Assembly (NCBI GenBank): GCA_964016885.1
Contig: OZ024758.1
Location: forward strand, 13,764,001 to 13,828,000
Direction of reading: 5' to 3'
DNA length: 64,000 bases
From: Eledone cirrhosa
Lineage: Eukaryota
This document shows positions 27,060 to 38,719 of this stretch, one piece after another (the stretch's first letter is position 1; each line of letters opens with the position of its first letter). Below the pieces are notes generated by a model. It saw nothing but the letters and a program-made list of their open reading frames with translations. It was not told the origin of the DNA and ran no database searches. A program made the translations under genes and the position numbers.

Positions 27060-27415
27060 GGAGGAAAGTGTGTGAGAGAAAGAGGAAAGTGTGTGTGTGA
27101 GAGAGAGAGAGGGAGGAAAGTGTGTGAGAGAAAGAGGAAAGTGTGTGTGTGAGAGAGAGAGAGGAAGATATAGAGGAGAATGTAGAAGAGAGAGAGAGGA
27201 AAGTGTGTGTGTGTGTGAGAGAGAGAGAGAGGAAGATATAGAGGAGAATGTATGAGAGAGAGATAGAGAGAGAGGAAAGTGTGTGTGTGAGAGAGAGGGA
27301 GATAGAAAAGGAAAGATAGTAGTGTGAGAGAAAGAGATAGATAGAAAGGGAGATACAGAGGAGGGTGTGTGAGAGGGAAATAGAGGAGAGAGTGTGTGTG
27401 AGAGAGAGAGGCAGG
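26940..27415. repeat. GA/GT-rich compound repeat
   Basis: Recurring GAGGAAAGTGTGTGTGAGAGAG units. Confidence 0.9.
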
Positions 27416-27490
27416 AGAACTGAAGTAGAAAATAAGGAAGAATGCCTTAGTGATGGTAGGGGTGGGGTATGGGGAGGTGTTTGTTGTAAA

Positions 27491-27521
<31 letters not shown>

Positions 27522-27825
27522 ATACACACCCCACCACCACCACCCATTTCCTCTACATTGATCCAACAAACCAATATGATCAAAGACATTCCAGTGATGA
27601 ACATCCTGTCTTTTTAGGAATATTTATTATTATATTATCCAGTACCCCCCCCCCCCCTCAACCCCTCCACCCCGCCACCTCTTCTACAGGAAGTCCTGTA
27701 GAAATGGCTTCTACAGGACTTCTACAGGACTAATGGCTTCTACAGGACTTCCTGATGATTTCCTTCGAATGAAATAGATCTAGTCCTGTAGGTGTCATTT
27801 CTATATTTAAAAAAAAAAAACATAA

Positions 27826-27858
<33 letters not shown>

Positions 27859-28099
27859 TATATATATACACAACACAACACGCACATACACACACGCACA
27901 TACACACATGCACACTAGTGACTAAGGACAATATATATTTTATGATAGTTTAAACATTCCTTTACTTTTCTCTTTCTTTCTTTCTTTCTTTCCCCCTTTT
28001 ATCTTATTCTTGGTTGATTTGCCAAAATAAAGATTTATTCTGCAAGATTCCTCATTATTGATTGATTCTGGGAATTCTTCAGAGAGAACATCATTATTT

Positions 28100-28590
28100 A
28101 CTTTGCCTTTCATCCTTACGGGGTCGATAAAATAAAGTACCAGTAATATACTGGGTAATTGCTGGCCTTGTGCCTAAAGTAGAAACAATTATTAGTACTG
28201 GGTAAAGTACTGTGAAAAGTACCAGTAATACACTGGGTAATTGCTGGCCTTGTGCCTAAAGTAGAAACAACTATTTACTATGCCTTTCATCCTTACGGGG
28301 TCGATAAAATAAAGTACCAGTAATGCACTGGGTAATTGCTGGCCTTGTGCCAAAAGTAGAAACAATTATTTAGGGCGGTGGATTGGCAGTATCGGTAGAG
28401 GGTCGAACAATATGCTCTGTGGCATAATTATAGCCCATTACATTCTGAGTTCAAATCCCGCCGAGGTTAACTTTGCCTTTCATCCTTACGGGGTCGATAA
28501 AATAAAGTACCAGTAATGCACTGGGGTTGATTTAATCGACTTTCCCCTCATCCACAATTGCTGGCCTTGTGCCTAAATCAGAAACCATTC
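28100..28590 (+). mobile_element. Cluster of SINE-A: three truncated 3' halves plus one full-length long-variant copy (28374-28590)
   Basis: Core and tail are repeated. The last copy retains GTTGATTTAATCGACTTTCCCCTCATCCAC, which most other copies lack. Confidence 0.85.
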
Positions 28591-28765
28591 TTATTATTAG
28601 AGTTGTTAATTCAGGTTTTCTACCATCTTTTTTCTCTTCAACTTAGTTTTTGGTAAAAGACTTAGTTTTGGGATTTTGTTGTACTATATTGGTTGTTGTT
28701 TTTTTTCTTCTTCTTTGAATCTATTTTTTGATAGTCATTAGTAGCTTTATTATTACTGGTGGTGC

Positions 28766-28797
<32 letters not shown>

Positions 28798-28993
28798 GCT
28801 CTCTAGCTATTGCTGGTTGTCAGGGGCCCATAAGAAGATTGTAATAATACACCCAGGTCAGGTGTAAAACATAGATCTTCGCCCTTGTCTCGTTTCAAAC
28901 TACTTATTTAATATTTTAGTAATCAGTTCTAAATACATGATTAATGTATGAATTACATGTATATACATGTATATACATATGTATATATAGTCT

Positions 28994-29044
<51 letters not shown>

Positions 29045-29400
29045 GCAAGCAAGGAAAAGTGGACATAAAATGATGATGATGATGATACAGACATATATAT
29101 AGTGTACTTATATATACATGTACATACATGTAAATATATATAGAGTATATATATGATATATTTACAAATCACACAACAATAAATGAGGTACATAGGTAGA
29201 TAGATAGATTGGCAGATAGGTATGGGGGTGGGTAGGTAGATAGGTAGATAGGTAGGTAGATAGATTACTTTCTTTATATTTGCCATAGATTGGCAGATAG
29301 ATATGTAGGTAGATAGCTAGAATGGCAGATAGATATGTAGTAAGGTATGTATTGAGATAGGTATGTATGTAGATAGATAGTTAGATAGTTAAATAGATAT

Positions 29401-29780
29401 GTTTCTTTATTAGCCACAGGGGCACAAAAGAAGGGGACAAATACAAAGGGGGAAGTTTACATACAATAAAAACGTGTAAAATGTTATCACAAATGTAATT
29501 TAAAAAATTAGTCGATTTTCCCCAATAGGGGGAGACATTACATATGGGTAACCTAACACATACCCCCGAAAAAAATGTGCAACCCTCATCTCCAGGAGTA
29601 CGTAGAGTTTGTACCCCTTTCTCTCCTCCTCTTTTTCCTCAATCTACAGGCTGATATAGAGAGAAGGCCCATTCACTCGGGCAATTCTCGCCACTTTCAC
29701 CCACCTTTCATAAAACTTGCTGGGGTACATCACCTCTCTCTCCATCCTGATTCTTCTTCCAAAGTGGTATTTGAAAAAAA
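29401..29780 (-). mobile_element. 3' end of an L1/Tx1-clade LINE in a (TAGA)n tract
   Basis: Minus frame FFKYHFGRRIRMEREVMYPSKFYERWVKVARIARVNGPSLYISL* (stop at plus 29644-29646) resembles a Tx1-type ORF2 C-terminus. The 3' UTR ends GTGGCTAATAAAGAAAC. TAGA/TAGG repeats flank both sides. Confidence 0.65.
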
Positions 29781-30308
29781 GAATGTATGTAGATAGATAG
29801 ATAGTTAAATAGATAGATAGCTAGGTATGTATGTAGATAGATAGAGAGTTAGGTATGTATGTAGATAGATAGGTAGTTAAATAGATAGATAGTTAGGTAT
29901 GTATGTAGAGAAGATAGATAGATTGGCAGATAGACATGATAAAGTAAGACATGTAAACAGTTTCACTGAAGTTAGAGATACAATTAGATTCTGATATAAT
30001 GTTAATGTTCTTTGACCTTCTAAATGAAACAACTTAAACTGTTCCAACATATTTTATACAATTTTGTTTTGTTTATTACACATTAAAAAGAAAATAATCT
30101 TTACATCTGAATTTCTTTGGAAATTTCCAGAAACAACTCTACAAAATATATATGTTTATTACTTACTGTCTAATGAAAAGAATATATAGAGAGAAATTTG
30201 ACAAAATCAGACAAAATACTTGCGGTGTTCTGTAGCTTTATTTAATGTTCTTAGTTCAGATCCTGTCTAGGTCAGCTTACCCTTTAGTCTGCTAAGATTG
30301 ATAGGATA

Positions 30309-30501
30309 TACACTGAAATTCCATTATAACGAAATTCACAGGGTATAGAAAAGAGATTTGTTGTAATGAAAAATTCTTTATAACGAGATCGACCAAAACA
30401 AATCGAGCATTTGTTTGTTATTACCTCACAGATTGAAAAATATTTTGTCATACTGAAAAATTCATTATAATGGTATTCGTTATAATGGAATTTTACCTGT
30501 A
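30309..30501. mobile_element. Tigger/pogo-type MITE
   Basis: TA-CACTGAAATTCCATTATAACGAA ... TTCGTTATAATGGAATTTTACCTG-TA. Confidence 0.8.
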
Positions 30502-31864
30502 TATATATATACAGGTGAGCTTAAAATCTTTCTCTTTTTGTTTCTGAAAATGACAACTACTTCCTGTAGAAGAGAAAATATAAATCATTTTCAGAAAAAC
30601 GTTAAAGTTGAAATTTATAAATTAAAACAATGAAAAAGTAAAATCTTAAATAGTATCTGGGATATGGTATTTTATAATCAGGGAAAGACTTTATGCTCAC
30701 CCAAGACTTCATGCTTACCCTGTGTATACTCTACAAATACTTGGATCAATATAACCAACTAAATCCAATCGAGGACCTTCTCGTTCCTGTTGGAGGAACC
30801 CCTCTCTCGTTGACCTCCACTGCTTTCTGTTTGGTTTTGGTCATGTCAGGGGTGTAGCTGTACTCATCATGCTTGGCCAATTGCAGATTGGTGAGGCTAT
30901 TTAACCCATAGTAGGGGTGGATGGTTGGTAACTCTGAGGAGTTCATGCACACTTTTAACAGCTTTTGTTTTCTGTGCTGCTGGGTTTTCCACTTATCCAC
31001 CTTACCAGGGAGGGAGCCAGATTAGTCCCCGACCACTCAACCATGAAGTTGTACTGGCTTACAATTACAACCATGGAAGTGATCACAGTTCAATGACCAA
31101 AACCAGAAAAATAATAAAATATAAAAGTAAAACTAAAAAATAAAAAAAATCATTGTTTTTGCTTGGATACCAAAACCTGACTGAATTAACTGTTGAATTC
31201 CTGATAATGCAACAACAAAAACTCAACAAAACAAGGCATCCTCTTCCACCTCATTATCATCATTTAACATCCATTTTCTCTCCTTATAAGGTTAGACAGG
31301 TTGACGGGTTTTCATAGACCATGTGATCGGAGCCATTGATCTTTCAGATAGGTCAGTGGTCATCTCACATTCTATAGAGTCAGGAAAAACACTGTTTGCT
31401 CAGAACAACAACAACAGCAACAACAGCAGCAGCAGCAACAATAATAATAACAATAATAACACTAATAACAATAATAATGATGATGATAATAATAATAAAT
31501 CTTGATATATTTTGATGTTTATTTAGTTATTTAATAATAAATGGAAATAATTTTGTAGAATAAATTTTTTTTTTCATACAAGATTTCTAATTATTTTTCA
31601 GTTTTAATTCACTGTTGAGAGAGAGGGTGTGTGTGTGTGTGTGTGCGCGTGTGCGTGATAGAGAGCGAGAATCAAACACTACACCACCCTCACCATACCA
31701 CCATCACTACACCACCCTCACCATACCACCATCACCACACTACCCTCACCATACCACCATCACCACACTACCCTCACCACAGTTGTCATATGTTCATGTC
31801 TCCCTGCTATAAAGCGTTAAATATGTAGTTTATTTATTTTCCCATATTGATATTTCATTGAAGT

Positions 31865-32546
31865 CCTTCTCTGTTGAGTGTCACATTACACTCTCCTCTG
31901 TTGAGCGTCACATCACACTCTCCTCTGTTGAGCGTCACATCACACTCTCCTCTGTTGAGTGTCACATCACACTCTCCGCTGTTGAGCGTCACAACACACT
32001 CTCCGCTGTTGAGTGTCACATCACACTCTCCTCTGTTGAGCGTCACAATACACTCTCCGCTGTTGAGTGTCACATCACACTCTCCGCTGTTGAGCGTCAC
32101 ATCACACTCTCCTCTGTTGAGCGTCACATCACACTCTCCTCTGTTGAGTGTCACAACACACTCTCCGCTGTTGAGTGTCACAACACACTCTCCTCTGTTG
32201 AGTGTCACATCACACTCTCCGCTGTTGAGCGTCACATCACACTCTCCTCTGTTGAGCGTCACATCACACTCTCCGCTGTTGAGCGTCACAACACACTCTC
32301 CTCTGTTGAGTGTCACATCACACTCTCCTCTGTTGAGTGTCACATCACACTCTCCTCTGTTGAGTGTCACATCACACTCTCCTCTGTTGAGTGTCACAAT
32401 ACACTCTCCGCTGTTGAGTGTCACATCACACTCTCCGCTGTTGAGTGTCACATCACACTCTCCGCTGTTGAGTGTCACAACACACTCTCCTCTGTTGAGT
32501 GTCACATCACACTCTCCTCTGTTGAGTGTCACAACACACTCTCCTC
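31865..32546. repeat. 27 bp minisatellite, ~25 copies
   Basis: Unit CACACTCTCCKCTGTTGAGYGTCACAW. Confidence 0.97.
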
Positions 32547-32987
32547 TTAATGATTCCACCAGAACATTCTACAGTCTGTTGCTGATTGCAGGATATACAG
32601 CAACAACAACAGCTACAACAATACAACAACAGTAGCAACAACAACAACAGTAGCAACAACAACAACAGCTACAACAACACATACAACAACCACCACAACA
32701 ACAGCAACAACAGGCATACATACAAACATGCACATAACATTCTACATTGTTGCTGATGTCAGAATATACGATAACAGCAACAACACCAGCAACCACAACA
32801 ACAACCACAACAATAAACATACATAGAGCATTCTATAGAGTGTTGCTGATGTCAGGATATACGATAACAGCAACAACAACAACACCACCACAACAACACA
32901 ACCACCACCACCACCACCACCACAGCAGCAACAACAACAAACATACTAACAAACTACATGCAAATCTATTTTAGATTTGGTAGGATG

Positions 32988-33485
32988 GGGTGTTGTGGGG
33001 TGTGGTGTGGTTGGTGTTGTGTGTGGTGTGGTTGGTGTTGGGTGTGGTGTGGTGTCGTTGGTATTGTGTGTGGTGTAGTGTAGTGTGGTGTGGTTGGTAT
33101 TGGGTGTAGTGTAGTGTGGTGTGTGGTGTGGTGTGGTTGGTGTTGGGTGTGGTGTCGTTGGTGTGGTGTGTGGTGTAGTGTAGTGTGGTGTGTGGTGTGG
33201 TGTGGTTGGTATTGGGTGTAGTGTGGTGTGGTTGGTATTGGGTGAGGTGTGGTGTAGTGTGGTTTGTATTGGGTGAGGTGTGCTGTGTGGTGTGGTGTAT
33301 GGTGCGGTGTGGTTGGTATTGGGTGAGGTGTGGTGTGGTGTGGTGTGGTGTATGGTGCGGTGTGGTTGGTATTGGGTGAGGTATGGTGTGGTGTGGTTGG
33401 TATTGGGTGAGGTGTGGTGAGGTGTAGTGTGGTGTGGTTGGTATTAGGTGAGGTGTGGTGAGGTGAGGTGAGGTGTGGTGTGGTG
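32988..33485. repeat. (GGTGT)n-based microsatellite
   Basis: Direct inspection. Confidence 0.95.
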
Positions 33486-34256
33486 GAATTTAGGAATGTT
33501 CAACCTGTAAAGCTTTAATTCAGAATATTGGGTATTTTTTTTCTTTTTCTTTTTTTGAATATTATGATTTATATTGGTTATTGATTTTCCTTAATAAGGA
33601 CACAACAGAAATTGTGTGATTAACAAGGGAGGAGTAAAATTGAGATGCTGAGGTGGTTATGACCTTTTGTTGGTTTATATTTTAGAGATTGCTGTTGTTG
33701 TTGCTGTTGCTGTTGTTGTTGTTGCTGTAGCTGTTGTTGTTGTTGCTGTTGTTGTTGTTGTTGCTGGTTAGTCTTGTGTAAGCTCTGATTGAATAAATTT
33801 AAGATTGAAAGCATTCCGAGTGTGACCACCTTGTCTTGTCTTCTGTTTTTCCAAATAGTGTGTGTTGTGTGTGTGTGTGTGTGCTTGTGTGCCTGTGTGT
33901 GTCTTGTATGTGTGTGTGTGATGTATGTATTGTGTGTGATGTATATGTGCCTGTGTGTGTCGTATCTGTGTGTGTCTCTGCCTGCCTATGTGTGAGTGTA
34001 TCAGTGTGTGTGTCTTGCATGTGTGTGTCTTGTATGTGTGTGTGATGTATGTATTGTGTGTGTTGTATGTATGTGTGTGTGTGTGTGTGATGTATGTATT
34101 GTGTGTGTGTGTGTTGTATGTATGTGTGTGTGTGTTGTATGTATGTATGTGTGTGTACTAATGAAAGTAGAGGATCTACAAGCTCAGCGGATTCTGCTAG
34201 TTACCTCTTCTATAATTTTCGTTTAGGTATGTACAAGGCAGTCAACTCTCTCTCTG

Positions 34257-34287
<31 letters not shown>

Positions 34288-35224
34288 TAACAGATTAAAG
34301 TTTAAGCAAAGAATCGCTGCTTTCACCCTTTATATATTTTTATATATTTTATATATTTTTATATATATTATACATATTATCCTTATCGAGCCCTCTTTGG
34401 ATTTTAGTGTTCATATATATTATTATTACTATATATATATATATATATATATATAATATGGTATATATATATATATAATATGGTATATATATATATATAA
34501 TATGGTATATATATATATATAATATGGTATATATATATATATAATATGGTATATATATATATATATATATAATATGGCTAAGTGGTGAGTCTTGAGAACA
34601 TGCCTAAAAGGATTGGGAGGCCCCTTCAGTTGTGTCGGAGTCATGAGAACCTTTCTAGGATTTCAGTAACCCCATTTCAGTACACACTTGGTGTGTGAAG
34701 ACCTGTCCGATCCTTGCTAGAGGGTGAAAATGTATTTTTAACAATGGTTGAAAAGTTAAACATACATTTTTCAGAGAAAGTGTATAATCAATTTGAATTA
34801 ACCCCATTAGATCACTGGAAGAATGAAAGACAAAGTTTGATTGAAAGCATGATGCAAGTCACAGTAGGCCATGAAAGATATACTGTTCCTGCCATTTCAA
34901 TCATCTGAAAGATTGTAAATATAATATAAATATAATATAAAACAATATATATATATAATATAAAACAATATATATATCATATACTTAGTGGTGAGTCTTA
35001 TGTTTTAAGGTTAACATTTCCACTCCACTATGGCTACATAAGTATTTTATTGTAACATGCTGTGTAGGAAAACAATTTCAGATGGGTTTTTTTCTAACTT
35101 CTAAAGGGCACCGAGACATTTTGCAATATTTCTTGTCCATATATATATATATATAATCAAGGTTTAGCAAATAAGAAAAAGTTTTAAAATAAATTTCAAA
35201 AAATTCACTGTACTTACTATGGTT

Positions 35225-35311
35225 ACCTTTACCAAAACGGTTTTGAGTCTCAAAAATAAATGGATAGTCTTTGCGGGCCTCCATTGAAAAAATAAACTCT
35301 CGTCAGAAGGT
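35225..35311 (-). ncRNA. Type I hammerhead ribozyme-like fold with a single core mutation (G12A)
   Basis: Minus strand: ACCTT-CTGACGA-GAGTTT...AATGGA..TCCATT...AGACTC-AAAA-CC-GTTTT-GG-TA-AAGGT. Stem I ACCTT/AAGGT is perfect. (TA)n lies ~70 nt downstream. Confidence 0.7.
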
Positions 35312-35555
35312 TCTTTTCACTCGGAGAATATAAAATTCCCGAGTTCGAATTACGAACTGGCGCTATTCAAAATTGTTCCCGAGATGAGAATGAATGATGT
35401 GGCAGCAATTCTGTCCAGTGCTGTGTGCAAAGATAGAAGGCAAAGGCAGGGAGGTCAATCTACTACCACTATAAATAGCAGCAGTCAAAACGACCAAATT
35501 TTATCTCGCCAGCGGGAAATTAATAATAATAAAGTATATATCCCTACATACATAC

Positions 35556-35677
35556 ATCGACCCCGTAAGGATGAAAGGCAAAGTCAACCTTGGCGGGATT
35601 TGAACTCAGACCGTAAAGGGACGTAACTATGCTGGAAAGCATGGCGTCCGACCCTCTACCGATACTGCCAATCCACC
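35556..35677 (-). mobile_element. SINE-A (5' part)
   Basis: Two mismatches against the inverted copy at 36024-36145. Confidence 0.9.
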
Positions 35678-35692
35678 TTCTTATATACACAC

Positions 35693-36018
35693 TATATTAA
35701 TAAATGGAAACTATATTTATAAAACCATATTTATGTTATTATACATATTTCAAGATAAAATACAATACAGATTTGTTTTATAAATAAATATTGACATACC
35801 CTGAAAAAAGACAACCTTAGCGGTTGTAGCTTCCTGGATAGTCCAGGAAGCTCCAACCGTTAAGGTTGTCTTTTTTTCAGGGTATGTCAATATTTATTTA
35901 TAAAACAAATCTGTATTTTATCTGATGAAAGCGCACCATAATTTGCCTTGGTTGCCCTTGAAATATGTATAATAAAATATATATGGTTTTATAAATATAG
36001 TTTCCATTTATTAATATA
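35693..36018. mobile_element. Fold-back palindromic element, same family as 21068-21392
   Basis: Inverted arms centred on TCCTGGA-TAG-TCCAGGA (35832-35848). Shares TATTTATAAAACCATATTTAT and AAATATTGACATA with the 21 kb copy. Confidence 0.9.
35913..35980 (+). ncRNA. Type I minimal hammerhead ribozyme-like fold, core intact
   Basis: GTATTTTAT-CTGATGA(35922-35928)-AAGCGCACCA..TGGTTGCCCTT-GAAA(35960-35963)-TATGTA-TA-ATAAAATAT. Stem I has 9 bp; predicted AUA cleavage after 35971. Confidence 0.7.
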
Positions 36019-36023
36019 TTATT

Positions 36024-36206
36024 GGTGGATTGGCAGTATCGGTAGAGGGTCGGACGCCATGCTTTCCAGCATAGTTACGTCCCTTTACGATCTGAGTTCA
36101 AATCCCGCCGAGGTTGACTTTGCCTTTCATCCTTACGGGGTCGATAAAATAAAGTACCAGTAATGCACTGGGTAATTGCTGGCCTTGTGCCAAAAGTAGA
36201 AACAAT
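36024..36206 (+). mobile_element. SINE-A
   Basis: Head, core and tail all present. Confidence 0.9.
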
Positions 36207-36310
36207 TAATATATTATATATATATATATATATCATATATTGAGTTATAAACTCAAAATAGTCTTTTACAATTAAATAGCTCAAAGAAGGGAATGTTTCC
36301 GAGCCGTGTA

Positions 36311-36514
36311 ATACAAATGAACATATGAAAGGGATGAACACCAATACAAGTGTACATGTGTTCCAATTGCAAATGACCAAGTTAGCTAGGTTGAAAAATA
36401 CTAATTTCAAATAATATGGTTTGCCTTAGTATTTTTCAACCTAGCTAACTTGTTCATTTGCAATACGAACACATGTATACTTGTATCGGTGTTCATCCCT
36501 CTCATATATTCATT

Positions 36515-36519
<5 letters not shown>
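36311..36519. repeat. Inverted repeat, ~94 bp arms, 21 nt loop, abutting (TA)n
   Basis: ATACAAATGAA...AAAATACTAA / TTAGTATTTT...TTCATTTGTAT. Confidence 0.9.
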
Positions 36520-36559
<40 letters not shown>

Positions 36560-36561
<2 letters not shown>

Positions 36562-36903
36562 TCATCATCATCATTTCATTTTACGTCCGCTTTTTCCCTG
36601 CTTGCAAGGGTGGGACGGGAACTGATTCTGGCTTGATTTCTACAGCTGGATGCCCTTCCTAACACCAATCTCATTTACAGTGAGTGCTGGGTGCTTTTTT
36701 GCCGTGGCACCTACACGACCACTTTGCAGTGGAATGATAGGGACCGCAGTCCCTATCATCTCATTTCTACAGCTGAGTAAACTGGAGCAATGTGAAATAA
36801 AGTGTCTTGCTCAAGGAAACAACACATCACCCGGTCTGAGAATTGAACTCACAACCTTTCGATTACAAGGCCAATGCTCTAACCACTAAGCCATGTGCCT
36901 CCA
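36560..36903 (-). mobile_element. SINE-B full length in (TA)n
   Basis: Near-identical reverse complement of 11817-12165. Confidence 0.9.
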
Positions 36904-37230
36904 TATATATATATATATATGTATTTTCGATTTTATTTTTGTCTTTTCTATGACCCTTTTTTCTGCTTCTCCTTTCTGATCCTGTCTCTATTTGTACTCC
37001 TGACGAAGGGCTAAAGCCCAACGCGGCAAACTTTCATTCCTCTTTCCTTCCAATATAAAGCGTGAAACTAATAAGACTTTTTGTACCTCTGTTTGTTGTC
37101 TCCTTGAACTATATATATGAGTGTATATGTGTGTGTGTATCTTCTGCTTATCAACTTCAGTATGAGTGTATATGCATATGTGTGTATGCATACGTATGTA
37201 CATATGTATGTATGTATGTATGTAGGTATA

Positions 37231-37387
37231 CACTATGTATCAATAATTGTCACAAGTGTAGTGTTTGTACCAGAGTTTTCAAGTCACTGGCTGGACTAAA
37301 AAGTCACACTCGTTCAGCGCATTGGTAGGGGTTCTCCTACATGGATATAAAGTAGTGGCCGTACTCGAAAACGAGTTGGCAGCCACC
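37231..37387 (+). mobile_element. 5'-truncated RTE-clade LINE (C-terminal C2H2 finger plus 3' UTR) with TSD
   Basis: HKCSVCTRVFKSLAGLKSHTRSAHW* (37251-37328); 3' hairpin CTCG-AAAA-CGAG; 11 bp direct repeat ATGTAGGTATA at 37220-37230 and 37388-37398. Confidence 0.75.
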
Positions 37388-37876
37388 ATGTAGGTATATA
37401 TATATATATATGTAATTTTTGTGCTCATCAACACCAGGGTTTTTGTTCATATCTCCCTCACAAAGTAGATTATCTGGAAGATTGCAAACAAAATGACATA
37501 TCTACTCTCAAACTTATCTCTTATCACTCTGATTAAAGTAAAGACGACCCCTCCCCCACACACTCTCCCTCCCTCCCATAGGTATAACATTCATTTCATT
37601 TCTTTCATTTGTACAGTTATTTTGTCTTCAGTCTTTTTTTTCTTACTAACAAAATGGAACTGAATTGGTGTGTTATGTATATAGTTTGATAAACTATATA
37701 TATGTGTTTGTGTCTATATTGTATCTGTATTATTTTTGACCGTTGGTCAGTCAATGGCAACATTGAGGACCGAAGAAATTAGATTACCGATATAAAAGAC
37801 ACAGAAGCGAAAACCAACCAAACAGTGAGTGTGTTCTGTTATTAATTCTGGCAATATTACACAAATATGACCCTCC

Positions 37877-37915
<39 letters not shown>

Positions 37916-38719
37916 GTGTGTGTGTGTATTTGTGTGAATGCATGCATACATACACACATGATTATAGTGTGATAAAAAAAAAACTATATACATGTATATT
38001 CATTCTGTCTAACCCATGCTACCATGGGTTAGACAGAATGAATATACATGATGATGATGATGATGATGAATATGATTATACTCCGGGAGAAATATATATA
38101 TATATATAGACAAACACACACACACACACACACATATATATCTATACATCATCATCATCATCAGGTTTAGCGTCCGTGTTCCACGCTTGCATGGGTTTGG
38201 ACGGGGGTTTTCCCACTTGAGGCAAGAGTGGTTGTCTTGCTCGCATAGGACTGTCTGGCGGGTTTTCTACAGTTGGATGCCCTTCCTAACACCAACCACA
38301 TTTACAGTGTGGGGCTGGGAGGTTTTTACCGTGTTGCCTACACGTACACATACACATATATATAGATACATACACACACACACACATGAATATATATCCA
38401 AGTTTGAGTATTGGCAGTTAAGAAATAGTTGAAGAAAATATTCTTAGGGGTTAAGGAAGATAAATTGGGGTTTATATTTATTTGGGTTTATATTAGAGAT
38501 TGAAAAAGGCTCTTGAGGTTGAATAAACAAAAAACATTTCTCATCTGTAAGATAAATTAAAGTAGATAAGGAATTTTGTGTGTGAGATCCTCAGCTTAAT
38601 TTTTGTCATTACTATTGAACCCTAGACCAACTGTGAACCAGTATACTTACAGTCGAACACATTCCACTCATACCAGCTACATCTTTTTTTAATATATAAG
38701 CCGACCTTACCCAATTACA

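Noticed and set aside
33185-33379. GWYW motifs resembling the start of a SOCS SH2 domain
   Set aside because: They arise from the GGTTGGTATTGGG variant of the (GGTGT)n microsatellite; no SH2 sequence follows.
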